Source: Desulfatiglandales bacterium
GTDB lineage: Bacteria > Desulfobacterota > DSM-4660 > Desulfatiglandales > HGW-15
Reading direction: 5' to 3'
Assembly: GCA_963667015.2 (NCBI GenBank)
Contig: CAXXJJ010000001.1
Span: forward strand, 2,528,001 to 2,592,000
Length of the DNA stretch: 64,000 bases
Shown: positions 20,319 through 30,639 of the stretch, piece after piece
How the letters are laid out: each line of letters begins with the position of its first letter
Numbering within the stretch: the first letter of the stretch is position 1
Position numbers and translations under genes: made by a program
The notes under the pieces: model-generated
The model's input: the letters and a program-made list of their open reading frames with translations, nothing else
Told to the model about the DNA's origin: nothing
Databases searched by the model: none

Positions 20319-22610
20319 ATGTGGATAAATGGACAACATATTAATGAGAAGCTGATTGAAAAGATAAGCAAGGCTATTGAGTCAGAGCCTGAGATATCCA
20401 GGCGAGAGTTATCGAGACGGGTGTGTGAGTGGGTAGGCTGGCGATCAGCGAATGGCAAGCTTAAGGAAATGAGCTGCAGGAAAGTGCTTCAGGAACTACA
20501 AAGGCGAGGAAGCATCAGGTTACCTAAAAGTGAAAAAACTTATGGATTTCAAAACATCAATGTTGAAAAAGGACAGGTATTACCCTGGGTAAAAGAAGCG
20601 GATTGTGATCTTAGCGGACTGGGCAGAGTCGAGGTAATACCTGTAAGCAGCCGTTACAGCAAGAGCTCTCGTGACTGGAACCAGTTGCTTGATGGGTATC
20701 ATTACCTTGGGCGGGGGCCTTTATGTGGAGCACAGATTCGCTATTTGATTAAGAGTGAAAAATATGGCTGCATAGGTGGCATGAGCTTTAGCGGAGCGAC
20801 CCGTAAATTAAAGTCACGAGAGGAATGGATAGGATGGAGCGAAGGAGCCCGAAGACAAAATTTAGAGAAGGTGGTATGCAACAGCCGCTTTTTAATAGTC
20901 CCGACAATAAGGGTGAAGAACCTTTCATCGCATGTATTAAGCCTGAGCCTTAAGCGATTGAGAGAGGATTGGCTGAAAAAGTACAAATATGAGATAGAGC
21001 TTGTTGAGACCTTTGTAGATCCCGTAAGATTCAAAGGTACTAGCTATATAGCCTCGAACTGGACAAAGATAGGGGAAACTGCTGGCCGGAGAGACGGCTA
21101 CGCGAACGGGAAAATATCGAGTGGAAAGAAAGATATATATGTATATCCGCTTACGAAGGAGTATCGAGAGAGGCTATGCCATGAAAGCCCGAGTTTGTTG
21201 GGATGCGGCAAACGACTTTTCGAGCCACAGGACTGGGTTGAAGAGGAGTTTGGGGGAGTTGAGCTATACGATGGAAGATTAAAGGAAAGGTTATTTACTC
21301 TGGCGAGGGATTTTTATTCTCAGCCTGGAAAACTTGTTCCACAAGCGAGCAATGGCTCAAAGGCAAAGGTTAAGGCAGCGTACCGATTTTTTGATAATGG
21401 CAACATAGATATGCAAGTATTATTGAAACCGCACATAGAGTCGAGCATAGAGAGGATAAAGGGGCAGAGCGTTGTTCTTGCAGTACAGGATACAACTACG
21501 CTTACATATAGTCATCATGCAGTAGAAGGAATGGGGCCGGTAAACACGAAGGGAGACAGATCTGTTGGTCTGTTGGTTCATGATACCATGGCTTTTACAG
21601 AAGATGGTGTTCCATTAGGTCTTCTTGATGTTCAATGCTGGTCGAGAAAAGAGGAGGAAGCTGGTAAAAGGGAGTTTCGCGCGCGCCTGCCGATTGATCA
21701 AAAGGAAAGCATAAAATGGCTTAAGAGTTATCGGGCAGTGGAAGAAGTTCAGGGTCTTTGTCCGGATACTACGCTTGTGAGTGTTGGTGATCGAGAAGCC
21801 GATATATATGAGTTTTTCGAAGAAGCCGGCAGGAATGTATCGGGTCCGAAGCTGCTGGTTCGAGCCAAGCGTGGAGGAGGGAAGAAATCAGAAGAAGCGA
21901 GTCTTTTGGAAAAACTTTTAGAGGCTCCTTTGTCAGGCACACAGGAGCTTTTTATACCCCGAAAAGGATCACGTCGAGCTAGAACTGCTAAGTTAGGGAT
22001 ACGCTTTATCGAGATAGAGAAAAGGGCGCCCAGAAAAAAAGCCAACAGGCCGTCTATAAGGATGTGGGCGGTTCTTGCCAAGGAAATCGAAGCTGGTGAA
22101 AATGTTAAGGACCCGCTTGAATGGATATTGTTGACAACAGTTAAGACAGAAACATTTGAAGACGCTTGTAAAAGAATAGCCTGGTACAGCAAACGTTGGG
22201 GAATAGAAACATATCACCGGACATTAAAAAGCGGATGCCGGATAGAAGACCGAAGACTGGAAAATGCAGACAGGTTAGAAGCCTGCCTGGCAATTGATTT
22301 TGTAGTTGCCTGGAGAATATTCTGGATGACAAAACAAGGTCGAGAGATCCCCGACATTCCTTGTGATGTATTTTTAAGTGAAGACGAGTGGCAGGTTTTA
22401 TGGATCAAGATAAATAAAGGTCCGATTCCAGCCAAACCGCCATCTATAGGTCAAGTGCTTCCAATGATTGGAGCGCTGGGTGGATACCTCAACAGAAAGG
22501 GGGATGGTCCTCCTGGTACCACAAGTATGTGGAGAGGTCTTACGCGGCTTCAGTCTATGGCCGAAGGTTACGCACTTGCTAAAAGACACATGCAGCGAGC
22601 AGGACCTTAA
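20319..22610 (+). CDS. IS4/Tn5-type DDE transposase with N-terminal DUF4338 (DruA-like) domain
   Basis: N-terminus has YHYLG...GAQIRY...NSRFLI...KNLSSHVL...ETFVD..RFKGTSY.ASNW..IGET.GR. C-terminus has QDTT, GDREADIY, Y..RW.IE..H..LKSG and PPG....WRG. Confidence 0.9.
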   Translation: MWINGQHINEKLIEKISKAIESEPEISRRELSRRVCEWVGWRSANGKLKEMSCRKVLQELQRRGSIRLPKSEKTYGFQNINVEKGQVLPWVKEADCDLSGLGRVEVIPVSSRYSKSSRDWNQLLDGYHYLGRGPLCGAQIRYLIKSEKYGCIGGMSFSGATRKLKSREEWIGWSEGARRQNLEKVVCNSRFLIVPTIRVKNLSSHVLSLSLKRLREDWLKKYKYEIELVETFVDPVRFKGTSYIASNWTKIGETAGRRDGYANGKISSGKKDIYVYPLTKEYRERLCHESPSLLGCGKRLFEPQDWVEEEFGGVELYDGRLKERLFTLARDFYSQPGKLVPQASNGSKAKVKAAYRFFDNGNIDMQVLLKPHIESSIERIKGQSVVLAVQDTTTLTYSHHAVEGMGPVNTKGDRSVGLLVHDTMAFTEDGVPLGLLDVQCWSRKEEEAGKREFRARLPIDQKESIKWLKSYRAVEEVQGLCPDTTLVSVGDREADIYEFFEEAGRNVSGPKLLVRAKRGGGKKSEEASLLEKLLEAPLSGTQELFIPRKGSRRARTAKLGIRFIEIEKRAPRKKANRPSIRMWAVLAKEIEAGENVKDPLEWILLTTVKTETFEDACKRIAWYSKRWGIETYHRTLKSGCRIEDRRLENADRLEACLAIDFVVAWRIFWMTKQGREIPDIPCDVFLSEDEWQVLWIKINKGPIPAKPPSIGQVLPMIGALGGYLNRKGDGPPGTTSMWRGLTRLQSMAEGYALAKRHMQRAGP

Positions 22611-22752
22611 ACATCTGTGTCAAGTGTGGGTAATAGTCAGGGCTTGACCGGGGAATCCAGTTGTTGTTATTTTGTGATTATTTGAAATGTTACGCTGACA
22701 ACGTAGTGCCCTTTATATTTTGATAGCCGATTAATTACAAAAAGGTAGAAAA

Positions 22753-25700
22753 TTGACAGAAATAGATTTTAGAATGATCGCACCTCACTGTGGCGGGCAG
22801 CGAGAATCATTTGAGGAGTTATGCTGCCAACTCGCGCATAGAACCGTCACAAGCGATTCAAAATATGTTCGACTTTATGGTGCTGGAGGTGATGGTGGTT
22901 TAGAATGTTTTGCTGATAATTCAACGATTACTCGTATTGGCTGGCAAGCGAAATATGTTTTCAATATAGGATCCCTCCTTACACAAGCTACTGTATCAGT
23001 AACAACTGCTTTAAAAATTCATCCTACACTAATCATATACAATGTATGTTTTCCTTTCGATCTTACTGGCCCAACTGGAAGAAAAGGGCTGAGCAGTCAA
23101 GAAAAATTTGATAATTGGCGAAAAAGTCATGAGAAAAAAGCAAAAGCTGAAGGTCGCCAATTAAATATTATTGCATGGCCGGCATCAAAGCTCAGAGAAC
23201 TATTATTGGAACATGATGTGCATGGAGGTATTAGGGAATATTTTTTTAATCAGAATATCTTAACAAATGAATGGTTCTTTGAGCATCTCGGGTTAGCAAA
23301 GAAAACTGCTGGCCCACGATACACTCCAGAGTTAAATGTTAAAACGGATTTATGGAAATGGTTTGCCGCATTTGGGCGTACATCCTTATGGTCAAATGAA
23401 TTTAATAGCAAGATTCGCGTATGCCGCAAAGCGAATGATAATCTGATTAGCACACTAAACAGAATTAAAGGTGACTCGATGTCACCAGCATGGCCAGAAA
23501 ACTTGCATGACAAAATGAAATCTTTAGTGGCAGATACCGGTGAGTTTTTAAAAACAATAGATAGTCGCTCTGCAATTGGTGATGTGGATTCCTATGATGG
23601 TTTTGTTAAAAAAATAAATACCCTTTTAAACCGCTTCAAGTCTGCTGAGATTGAATTAGTACAAGATTTTGAAACCCAACATGGGGAAGGAAAAGCTGAC
23701 TCACCTGGCTTTCGTCAATTCATGGCAGAATATATGGTTTCTTTTCCAGCAGCTAATTTGGATTACACACGAGAGGCAATTGCTGCACTTTCTAGTTTTT
23801 ATAAGTGGCTTCTTTCACCTTCTTGTTCCCTAGCGTATAATTCGGTATTTGTGCTATCAGGCGTTGCTGGATCAGGAAAGACACATGGGATATGCGATGC
23901 AGCTGAATATCGTTTTGGCAATAATCTCCTTTCGTGCATTAATTTTGGACATGAATTCAGAGGAGAACCAGACCCTTGGACGAGGATATTGGAAACTCTT
24001 GGTCTTCCTATTACACTTGGTATGAATGGTCTTTTGGATGCATTGAACGCCGCTGGTGAAGCATCTGGTTCTCTACTCATTATATTTATAGATGCGATCA
24101 ATGAAACTCGTCCTTTACGCTACTGGCGAGATCGTTTATTAGCTATCTCTCAGGCAATTAAAAGCAGGCCGAATCTACGTCTTTGCTTAACATGTAGGAC
24201 TTCATTTTTATCCTTTTGCCTTCCTGATAAGCATAATTTGCTGATCGTTGAACATACAGGGTTCGCAGGTATCGAACGAGACGCATGCCAGGCATTTTTC
24301 CATCATTACAATCTCGAACCCCCTATCTCGCCTATCCTACAACCCGAATTATCAAATCCCCTATACCTTAAGCTTGTCTGTGAAACTCTGCGTTCTCGTG
24401 ACCTCTATCGTATGCCATCAGGTTGGCATGGCTTAGCTCCAACCATTCGCGCTTTCCTTGACGAAAAAGAACAGCAATTTGCAACAGAATATGAAACTAG
24501 TGAGGGTGCGAAGATTGTGAGTGGCTCTCTCATGGCAATAGTTCGGGCAATCGTTGAAATGCAAGAGTCTTCAATCGCATGGTCTCAAGCACAAAAAGTA
24601 ATTGCTGATGCTCGACCTCAAGCAAACACATTGCCTGTTCTTGATTGGCTTGTGCGTGCAGACTTGTTAGTAGAGGACGCTCCATCATCAAAAACACAAT
24701 TTGATAATGATAGTGTTGTTCGGCCGGCGTTCGAGCGTCTTGGAGATTTTCTAATTGCGACGGAGTTGCTAGAAAGAAGTAAACAAATAGGCCTTGATGT
24801 GGCTTGTCAATCAGGAGGGATAATCTACAAACTGTTTGAGAATCATAATGCTCTGGAACAAAATAGAGGTGTACTTGCTGCGCTTTCAATACTTGTCGCA
24901 GAACAAAATAATGGAGTGGAACTCCCAAATTTTGTTAATAATGTCGATATACGTAACATATTGAAACGAATTGTGATTCAATCGTTTCCATCGAGAGATC
25001 CAAGTTCATTCACAGATAGATCAGAATTATTAATTCGGGAAGCATTGGGATGGAACGATTTCTCCTTTGAAGCGATGGACTCTTTGCTTTCTATATCATG
25101 GCAACCTTCTGTTATCGATGCAATATGGATTGACTCGCTCTTAAAAGAGAAATCACTGGCAAAGCGTGACGCTTATTGGTGTGGATATCTTCACCAACGA
25201 TTTGAGTCAAAAGGTACAGTTCCACGCTTGATAAATGCCGCATTTGAACTACCTTTAGAGCAGCTCGATAATGATATAGCCGAACGATGGTGTACGATTC
25301 TATTATGGTTTACTGCAGCCGCAGATCGTCGCGTGAAAGATTTCGCTACACGTGCTTCAACAGAAATTTTAACTGCCAATCCCAAGATAATACCAAACGT
25401 GTTACAACGCTTGCTTTCCAGTGATGATGATACCGTTCGAGAGCGAACTCTCTTATGTTGTTACGGTGCATTAATTCTTTCCCAAGATACTAGTATACTT
25501 AAGCTTGTCGTAACGTTGCTTTATGAAGCTTTCCAATCTAAACCTAGAACATTTGATAATGCTTTAATCCGTGATTTGACTAGATGCATCTTTGAAGCGG
25601 CAAAAGAACTAGATGTTTTGACACAAGATTATGATCCATTGTTGACTATGCAACCGATAGATTCAGAATGGCCTCAAGTGCTACCATCCGATGACCAAAT

Positions 25701-26970
25701 TGAAAAGTGGGGAGAATTATTACATTTCAAGCCTGATGAATTTTTTAGTGACTTCTTTAAATATTCTATGAACTGTCTTAGGTCTTGGATGCACGCTTTT
25801 TCAAAAAAAGAAATGGGGATATGGATACTTCAGAGAATTGCAAGTGACTTCGGTTATGAAGGGTCAGGATGTGAAAGATACGATGGCTATATGCTTGGAA
25901 CTTATGGAGGAGGTAGAGCTAAACCAAAATGGGCAGAAAGGATTGGTAAAAAATACCAGTGGACTGGAATGTTCCAATTAGCCTCCCGCTTATATGATCA
26001 TGTAGAACAAAAACAAGACAGCTGGGACATAAAGCCATTACGAAAGCCATTAATTTTACTCGAGGAACGAAAAATCGACCCAACGTTGTCACATAGAATC
26101 GATGCAAGTTATAAAAACAGTGATACTTGGTGGATGGGAGATTCGGTCAACCTGAAATTGGGAGAACATATGAATGACACGGATTGGGTCAACTTTGAAG
26201 GAGACCTTCCATCATTGACCAAAATTTTGTCAATTAAGGAACATGATGGGCAAAGATGGCTATTGCTCGCTTCGTATCCTTCTTGGGATGATCGTTCTGA
26301 AGATGCTGATTGGGGTGAACAATATCGCCAAGTTTGGTTTCATATTGAGGGCTATTTGGTTGCCAAAGACGATGTTGATATAGGTTATAATTGCCTTCAC
26401 CGCCGAAATTTATTTGGGGGATGGATGATTGAAGGATCTTCCTGGCTTTATGGGTTTGCGGGTGAATATCCATGGGCAACTCCCTTTAATATTGAAAAAG
26501 ATGAATGGCATAGTAGGGGAGGATTTGGGAAAAAGTTACCTGTGATTTATACACCTGTATGGAATGAACTAGCGGTGGAATGGGAATATGATGCTTCTTT
26601 AGAAGAAAGTTTCCATATGCTCGTACCTGCACGTACTTTTTTTTCTCCTTCTGATCTATGGTGGAATCGACTAGATGGATATAAACTCAAAAACGGGAGA
26701 AGTGTTTTTCGGGATATTTCTGTTTCAGAAGGTGGCCCACGCTCACTAATAGCAGATGTTCACGATTTACTAGAAAGATTGGACAAACTTGGACTTAGGA
26801 TTATTTGGGGTGTCCTTGGTGAAAAATGGATATTAGGAGGACCGCACGATAGACGGACTCCTACTCGAACTTTTAGCCAAATCGCCAGATTGGAAGAAGA
26901 TGGTTCAGTTCATATAGGTGATCGCGTATTTTTCGATGATTATGATAAAGATACTGGTCCCATAATGTAA
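22753..26970 (+). CDS. avs2: Avs2-like antiviral STAND NTPase with N-terminal PD-(D/E)xK nuclease
   Basis: 1405 aa. N-terminus has FEELCCQL...GDGGLE...GWQAKY. Walker A GVAGSGKT, Walker B LIIFIDAINE, NPLYLKLVCE and C-terminal ERIGKKYQW. AT-rich and in a defence context. Confidence 0.75.
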   Translation: MTEIDFRMIAPHCGGQRESFEELCCQLAHRTVTSDSKYVRLYGAGGDGGLECFADNSTITRIGWQAKYVFNIGSLLTQATVSVTTALKIHPTLIIYNVCFPFDLTGPTGRKGLSSQEKFDNWRKSHEKKAKAEGRQLNIIAWPASKLRELLLEHDVHGGIREYFFNQNILTNEWFFEHLGLAKKTAGPRYTPELNVKTDLWKWFAAFGRTSLWSNEFNSKIRVCRKANDNLISTLNRIKGDSMSPAWPENLHDKMKSLVADTGEFLKTIDSRSAIGDVDSYDGFVKKINTLLNRFKSAEIELVQDFETQHGEGKADSPGFRQFMAEYMVSFPAANLDYTREAIAALSSFYKWLLSPSCSLAYNSVFVLSGVAGSGKTHGICDAAEYRFGNNLLSCINFGHEFRGEPDPWTRILETLGLPITLGMNGLLDALNAAGEASGSLLIIFIDAINETRPLRYWRDRLLAISQAIKSRPNLRLCLTCRTSFLSFCLPDKHNLLIVEHTGFAGIERDACQAFFHHYNLEPPISPILQPELSNPLYLKLVCETLRSRDLYRMPSGWHGLAPTIRAFLDEKEQQFATEYETSEGAKIVSGSLMAIVRAIVEMQESSIAWSQAQKVIADARPQANTLPVLDWLVRADLLVEDAPSSKTQFDNDSVVRPAFERLGDFLIATELLERSKQIGLDVACQSGGIIYKLFENHNALEQNRGVLAALSILVAEQNNGVELPNFVNNVDIRNILKRIVIQSFPSRDPSSFTDRSELLIREALGWNDFSFEAMDSLLSISWQPSVIDAIWIDSLLKEKSLAKRDAYWCGYLHQRFESKGTVPRLINAAFELPLEQLDNDIAERWCTILLWFTAAADRRVKDFATRASTEILTANPKIIPNVLQRLLSSDDDTVRERTLLCCYGALILSQDTSILKLVVTLLYEAFQSKPRTFDNALIRDLTRCIFEAAKELDVLTQDYDPLLTMQPIDSEWPQVLPSDDQIEKWGELLHFKPDEFFSDFFKYSMNCLRSWMHAFSKKEMGIWILQRIASDFGYEGSGCERYDGYMLGTYGGGRAKPKWAERIGKKYQWTGMFQLASRLYDHVEQKQDSWDIKPLRKPLILLEERKIDPTLSHRIDASYKNSDTWWMGDSVNLKLGEHMNDTDWVNFEGDLPSLTKILSIKEHDGQRWLLLASYPSWDDRSEDADWGEQYRQVWFHIEGYLVAKDDVDIGYNCLHRRNLFGGWMIEGSSWLYGFAGEYPWATPFNIEKDEWHSRGGFGKKLPVIYTPVWNELAVEWEYDASLEESFHMLVPARTFFSPSDLWWNRLDGYKLKNGRSVFRDISVSEGGPRSLIADVHDLLERLDKLGLRIIWGVLGEKWILGGPHDRRTPTRTFSQIARLEEDGSVHIGDRVFFDDYDKDTGPIM

Positions 26971-27329
26971 AGTAGAAATTGACAAGATCTCCGATTATCT
27001 ATTACTAAAAGGGTGACGCTGTTAAGATCGGCGGGAGATTTAAAGTTTATTCTTCAAAACAGTGAAAAAAGGATCGCCACAATAACGATAAATCAAGTTG
27101 TTTTATATGGGTGTCTGCTCTTTTTAGACTTGCATCCTGCCTCTTTTTAAAGAAAGTAAAAGGTGAAATCTGCTGTTCCATAAATTTTTGGAACAGGCTG
27201 GAAATTTATCATAGAAACCGGCTAAGAAATTGATATTGCAATTGTGAAATAGGGGTCGTACTTCAAAATATCAATTGAGTTGTCTATATTGGAGAAAGAA
27301 TTAATGAAAGGTATATTAGAGGTAAAAGG

Positions 27330-28160
27330 ATGAGCAAAAAAAAGATTTCGAATCTTCCCATAAATAAAGAGGTCTCGATGGTACGCTCATCAGCAGCAGA
27401 ATATCTGACTTTTATAGCAGCCACAGGCAATAGTGAAACCAGCGTCGAAATGCGTTATGAAGATGAAAATATCTGGCTGACTCAAAAAATGATGGCGACC
27501 CTTTATAATGTTACAGTATCAGCTATTAATCAACATTTGAAAACTATATATAACGACAATGAACTGGAACGTGAGGCAACTGTTAAGAAATACTTAATAG
27601 TTCAATCCGAAGGCAGTAGGCAGGTAAAGCGTGAGGTAGAGCACTATAATCTGCAAGTCATCATTGCTGTGGGTTTTAAAATAGAGAATGAACGGGCAGT
27701 GCAATTTCGTAAATGGGCAAACCAGATCGTTAAAGATTATACCATCCAGGGTTGGACCATGGATGTTGAGCGACTCAAACACAGCGGCAGTATTCTGGAT
27801 GATGAATATTTTGAGCGTCAACTGGAAAAGATCAGGGAAATCCGACTTTCTGAGCGCAAATTTTACCAGAAAATTACGGATATTTATGCCACCTCATTGG
27901 ATTACGATCCCTCAGCCACTGCCACCAAACGTTTCTTTGCTGCTGTTCAGAATAAATTACATTATGCCATTCATGGCCAGACAGCCGCAGAAGTTGTTGT
28001 TACACGAGCGGATCACCAAAAGGAGCACATGGGGCTTACCAGTTGGGAAGGTTCACCTGCTGGTAAAATCCATAAATATGATGTCACTATTTCCGGCATG
28101 CCACTCAAGTCAAGAAAAGATAAATGTAATACTCAATGGAAAAATTGGAAACGTTGTTAA
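27330..28160 (+). pseudogene. RhuM family protein, C-terminally truncated
   Basis: RSSAAEYLTF...IWLTQKMMATLY...IREIRLSERKFYQKITDIYATS..QNKLH. Similarity ends at KYDVTI (~28093). Confidence 0.8.
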
Positions 28161-28185
28161 TTTAACTATTTATCAGGAATATGCC

Positions 28186-28774
28186 ATGACTGTTTCTTTT
28201 CTCACATCTGACTATGCCTCCTGGCTAAAGGAACTAAAGGGAAAAATTCGAAGGGCACAGGTGAAAGCATCACTTGCTGCAAGCAGTGTACTTATAGACT
28301 TTTATTTTGAACTTGGTAAATCGATTTCAGAAAAAGACATCGTCTGGGGAAGTAAATTCCTCGAACAGCTCTCAAGAGATCTAAAAATGGAATTCCCTGA
28401 TATGCAGGGCTTTTCTGTTACTAATCTTAAGTATTGCCGCCTGTTTTATAAATATATTGCAATCCGTCCCCAGGCTGAGGACGAAATCGACAAAGCAGTT
28501 GGTCCCCGGGCCGGGGACGAATTTAAAACAGTTGTAGGCTCTCCTCAGTATCAGTTAATCAGGCAACTCCCATGGGGGCATCAAACTGTTGATTAACAAG
28601 ATAAAGAGCCCCGATGAGATTCTTTTTTACACTAACCAGACACTTGAAAATGGTTGGAGCAGGGATGTTATGGCCCTGCAAATCAAGTCTGATCTTTATT
28701 CCAGGCAGGGTAATGCAGTTACAAATTTTAAAGGGGTAGAGGTGTCAGACCTTGAATATTTCCATTTAAACTAG
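28186..28774 (+). pseudogene. DUF1016/YhcG family N-terminal fragment, frameshifted
   Basis: WGSKFLEQLSRDLK.EFP..QGFSVTNLKYCRLFY...QLPWGH, then a frameshift into INKIKS..E..FY....ENGWSRDV...QIKS.LY.RQG..VTNF. The nuclease domain is missing. Confidence 0.8.
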
Positions 28775-28841
28775 TGTAATAAGGATCTTATGACTACCCA
28801 GTTTGTTATCACCTATCTGATGAATTAATAGGCTTAAAAAT

Positions 28842-29339
28842 ATGACCCCAAAAAAGAAACAAAAATTGGGTGAATTGGCTCCTTTATATAAATTCACTAT
28901 CAATCCATATCCTGATCAACAGTATTCAAGTTGCCCATCCTGTGGGCAAAGAAATGGACAACGTAAACTTCCTCTGGTTATTCATGTTGATCCCAGACAA
29001 TTGATATCTCTCAATTATACATGTCGATACTGTAAGAAATGTGATTTACTTATTGCCCATAAGCATAAAATAGAACACATTTTGACAGAGATGTTTATGA
29101 GTATTGATCCTGATTCCATTGGAAATGAATACCTGATTATCGGTACGCTTGAGAAAAAGGCATGGCGTGAAAGCATGAAACAACCCAAAAATCAAGCAGA
29201 GATATTTTCTCAATTACATGATTTTAAAATGGTTTTATCGGAAATAAGGATGACTCAACCAGGATGGTATGGTCCTGGTCAACAACCACCGATCATGGAG
29301 CCACCCGTATCAAACGAATGGATGAGTAATAAAATTTAA
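28842..29339 (+). CDS. Hypothetical protein with Cys-rich (zinc-ribbon-like) motif
   Basis: 165-aa ORF containing CPSC and CRYCKKC. Confidence 0.6.
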   Translation: MTPKKKQKLGELAPLYKFTINPYPDQQYSSCPSCGQRNGQRKLPLVIHVDPRQLISLNYTCRYCKKCDLLIAHKHKIEHILTEMFMSIDPDSIGNEYLIIGTLEKKAWRESMKQPKNQAEIFSQLHDFKMVLSEIRMTQPGWYGPGQQPPIMEPPVSNEWMSNKI

Positions 29340-29366
29340 AACAATATATTATTCAAGGAGATAAAA

Positions 29367-29546
29367 ATGAAAAATGTGGAGATGAAGTTAGAAGAGAATA
29401 TACTGACTATAAAAGTAGATATTACAAAAGAATTTGGTCCGTCTTCATCAGGAAAAACCATTATTATTGCTTCGTCTGAAGGGAATATCCCAATCCCGGA
29501 GAAGGATGAAATAAAGATTGGATTAAACGTCTATAGGAAAAAATAA
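29367..29546 (+). CDS. Small hypothetical protein (59 aa), absent from the ORF track
   Basis: AAGGAG RBS, then MKNVEMKLEENILTIKVDITKEFGPSSSGKTIIIASSEGNIPIPEKDEIKIGLNVYRKK*. Confidence 0.7.
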   Translation: MKNVEMKLEENILTIKVDITKEFGPSSSGKTIIIASSEGNIPIPEKDEIKIGLNVYRKK

Positions 29547-29768
29547 TTGGCATTATAAATGGCAATTTTGGCAGTTTCCTGGTTTCCACAGTCTCAGTAG
29601 AAACCTATTCTCCACGCACCGCGTGGTAAATTACGAGTAAAAAAATAGGAGTCGTACTTCAAAATACCAATTCGTTTGTTCCCTGGTTCCCACTGAAACA
29701 AAAAAACATCATGATTCCATTATTGGTATCATAAATGGCTATTTTGCCAGTAAGCTGAACTGAATCAA

Positions 29769-30119
29769 TTACAATTCATACAATCCTTTAATAAATTCAT
29801 GTTTATGTTTTAAATCAACTATTATCCAGAGGAAGTAATCCACAGGGCTCTGCATAGAACAAAAACCTACTTCAAGATAAGGTTTGTCTTCACAATACAG
29901 CATATGCTGACGCTGTATGACAACCATCTTTGCGCCTTTAACAAAATGGGTCATGGCTTCTTCGAATGAGATCTCCTCCACTCGTTGTCTTGCAAAACTT
30001 TCCCTGCAGTCCAGCTTATCAAACCACCATTTATCACATATGGAGTATGCTTTTCTCAGCAGTTTTTCCTGCTCGGAGTGTGTTAATTTGTCAGTGTTGT
30101 AAAAGATATCCCGTTCCAT
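29769..30119 (-). CDS. Hypothetical protein
   Basis: 116-aa ORF with protein-like composition. No family recognised. Confidence 0.5.
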   Translation of the reverse strand: MERDIFYNTDKLTHSEQEKLLRKAYSICDKWWFDKLDCRESFARQRVEEISFEEAMTHFVKGAKMVVIQRQHMLYCEDKPYLEVGFCSMQSPVDYFLWIIVDLKHKHEFIKGLYEL

Positions 30120-30417
30120 CCTACAATTGCCTTCTTCTATTTTGACAATTTAAAACCTTATTATTTTTTAAATATTGTTGATTTTACTATCTATTTATTT
30201 ACTTATCAAAATGAAAAAAGGTGATGCTGTTAAGATTTAAAGTTAATTTATCGAAGATTCTTCGCTTTTGAGAAATAGCAATTTTAGTAAATAAAAGAAG
30301 CCACTTAAATTTGAAAAGGCCTTGATGAATCCATTATAACTTGACAAAATCGGGCATGTTTGGGAGGATTGTATCAACTTATTACCTGTTAACCTATTAA
30401 AACTTATGGTAAAAATT

Positions 30418-30639
30418 ATGTTAAAACAACTTACTGCAATCATAGAACGAGAAGGAAGCGGGTATGTTTCATTGTGCCCTGAACTCGATATAGCCAGCCA
30501 GGGAGATACTATCGAAGAGGCTCGCATGAACCTTAGAGAAGCACTTGAGCTTTTTTTTGAAACTGCTTCTTCCACTGAAATCGAGTTGCGTCTTCATGAG
30601 GAGGTATATGTCACTCAGGTAGAGGTTGCTGTTGGCTAA
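30418..30639 (+). CDS. hicB: HicB family antitoxin
   Basis: LTAIIEREGSGYVSLCPELDIASQGDTIEEARMNLREALELF signature. Confidence 0.9.
   Translation: MLKQLTAIIEREGSGYVSLCPELDIASQGDTIEEARMNLREALELFFETASSTEIELRLHEEVYVTQVEVAVG

Larger units (their letters stand above)
20264..22642 (+). mobile_element. IS4-family (IS50/Tn5-like) insertion sequence
   Basis: Imperfect 26-bp IRs CCCTGTCTCTGGGACACACTTGACAC / CCCTGACTATTACCCACACTTGACAC (20/26). Flanked by a CTTGA duplication, or 9-bp GACTTGACC/GGCTTGACC if the ends are CTG...CAG. Confidence 0.85.
20247..22660. repeat. REP-like palindrome (GTCATTCCCCGACTTGACCGGGGAATCCAG) split by the IS4 insertion
   Basis: Left half at 20247-20263, right half at 22643-22660. 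Related copies at 19857-19873 (half), 60815-60844 (reverse strand) and 60859-60888 (degenerate). Confidence 0.7.

Noticed and set aside
20319..21200. Druantia defence system
   Set aside because: Only a DUF4338-like domain fused to a transposase is present, with no DruE helicase or other dru genes.
27007..30236. Integron cassette array or CRISPR array
   Set aside because: No integrase or cas genes, no attC-like GTTRRRY/RYYYAAC pairs recognised, and repeats occur only as irregular pairs.
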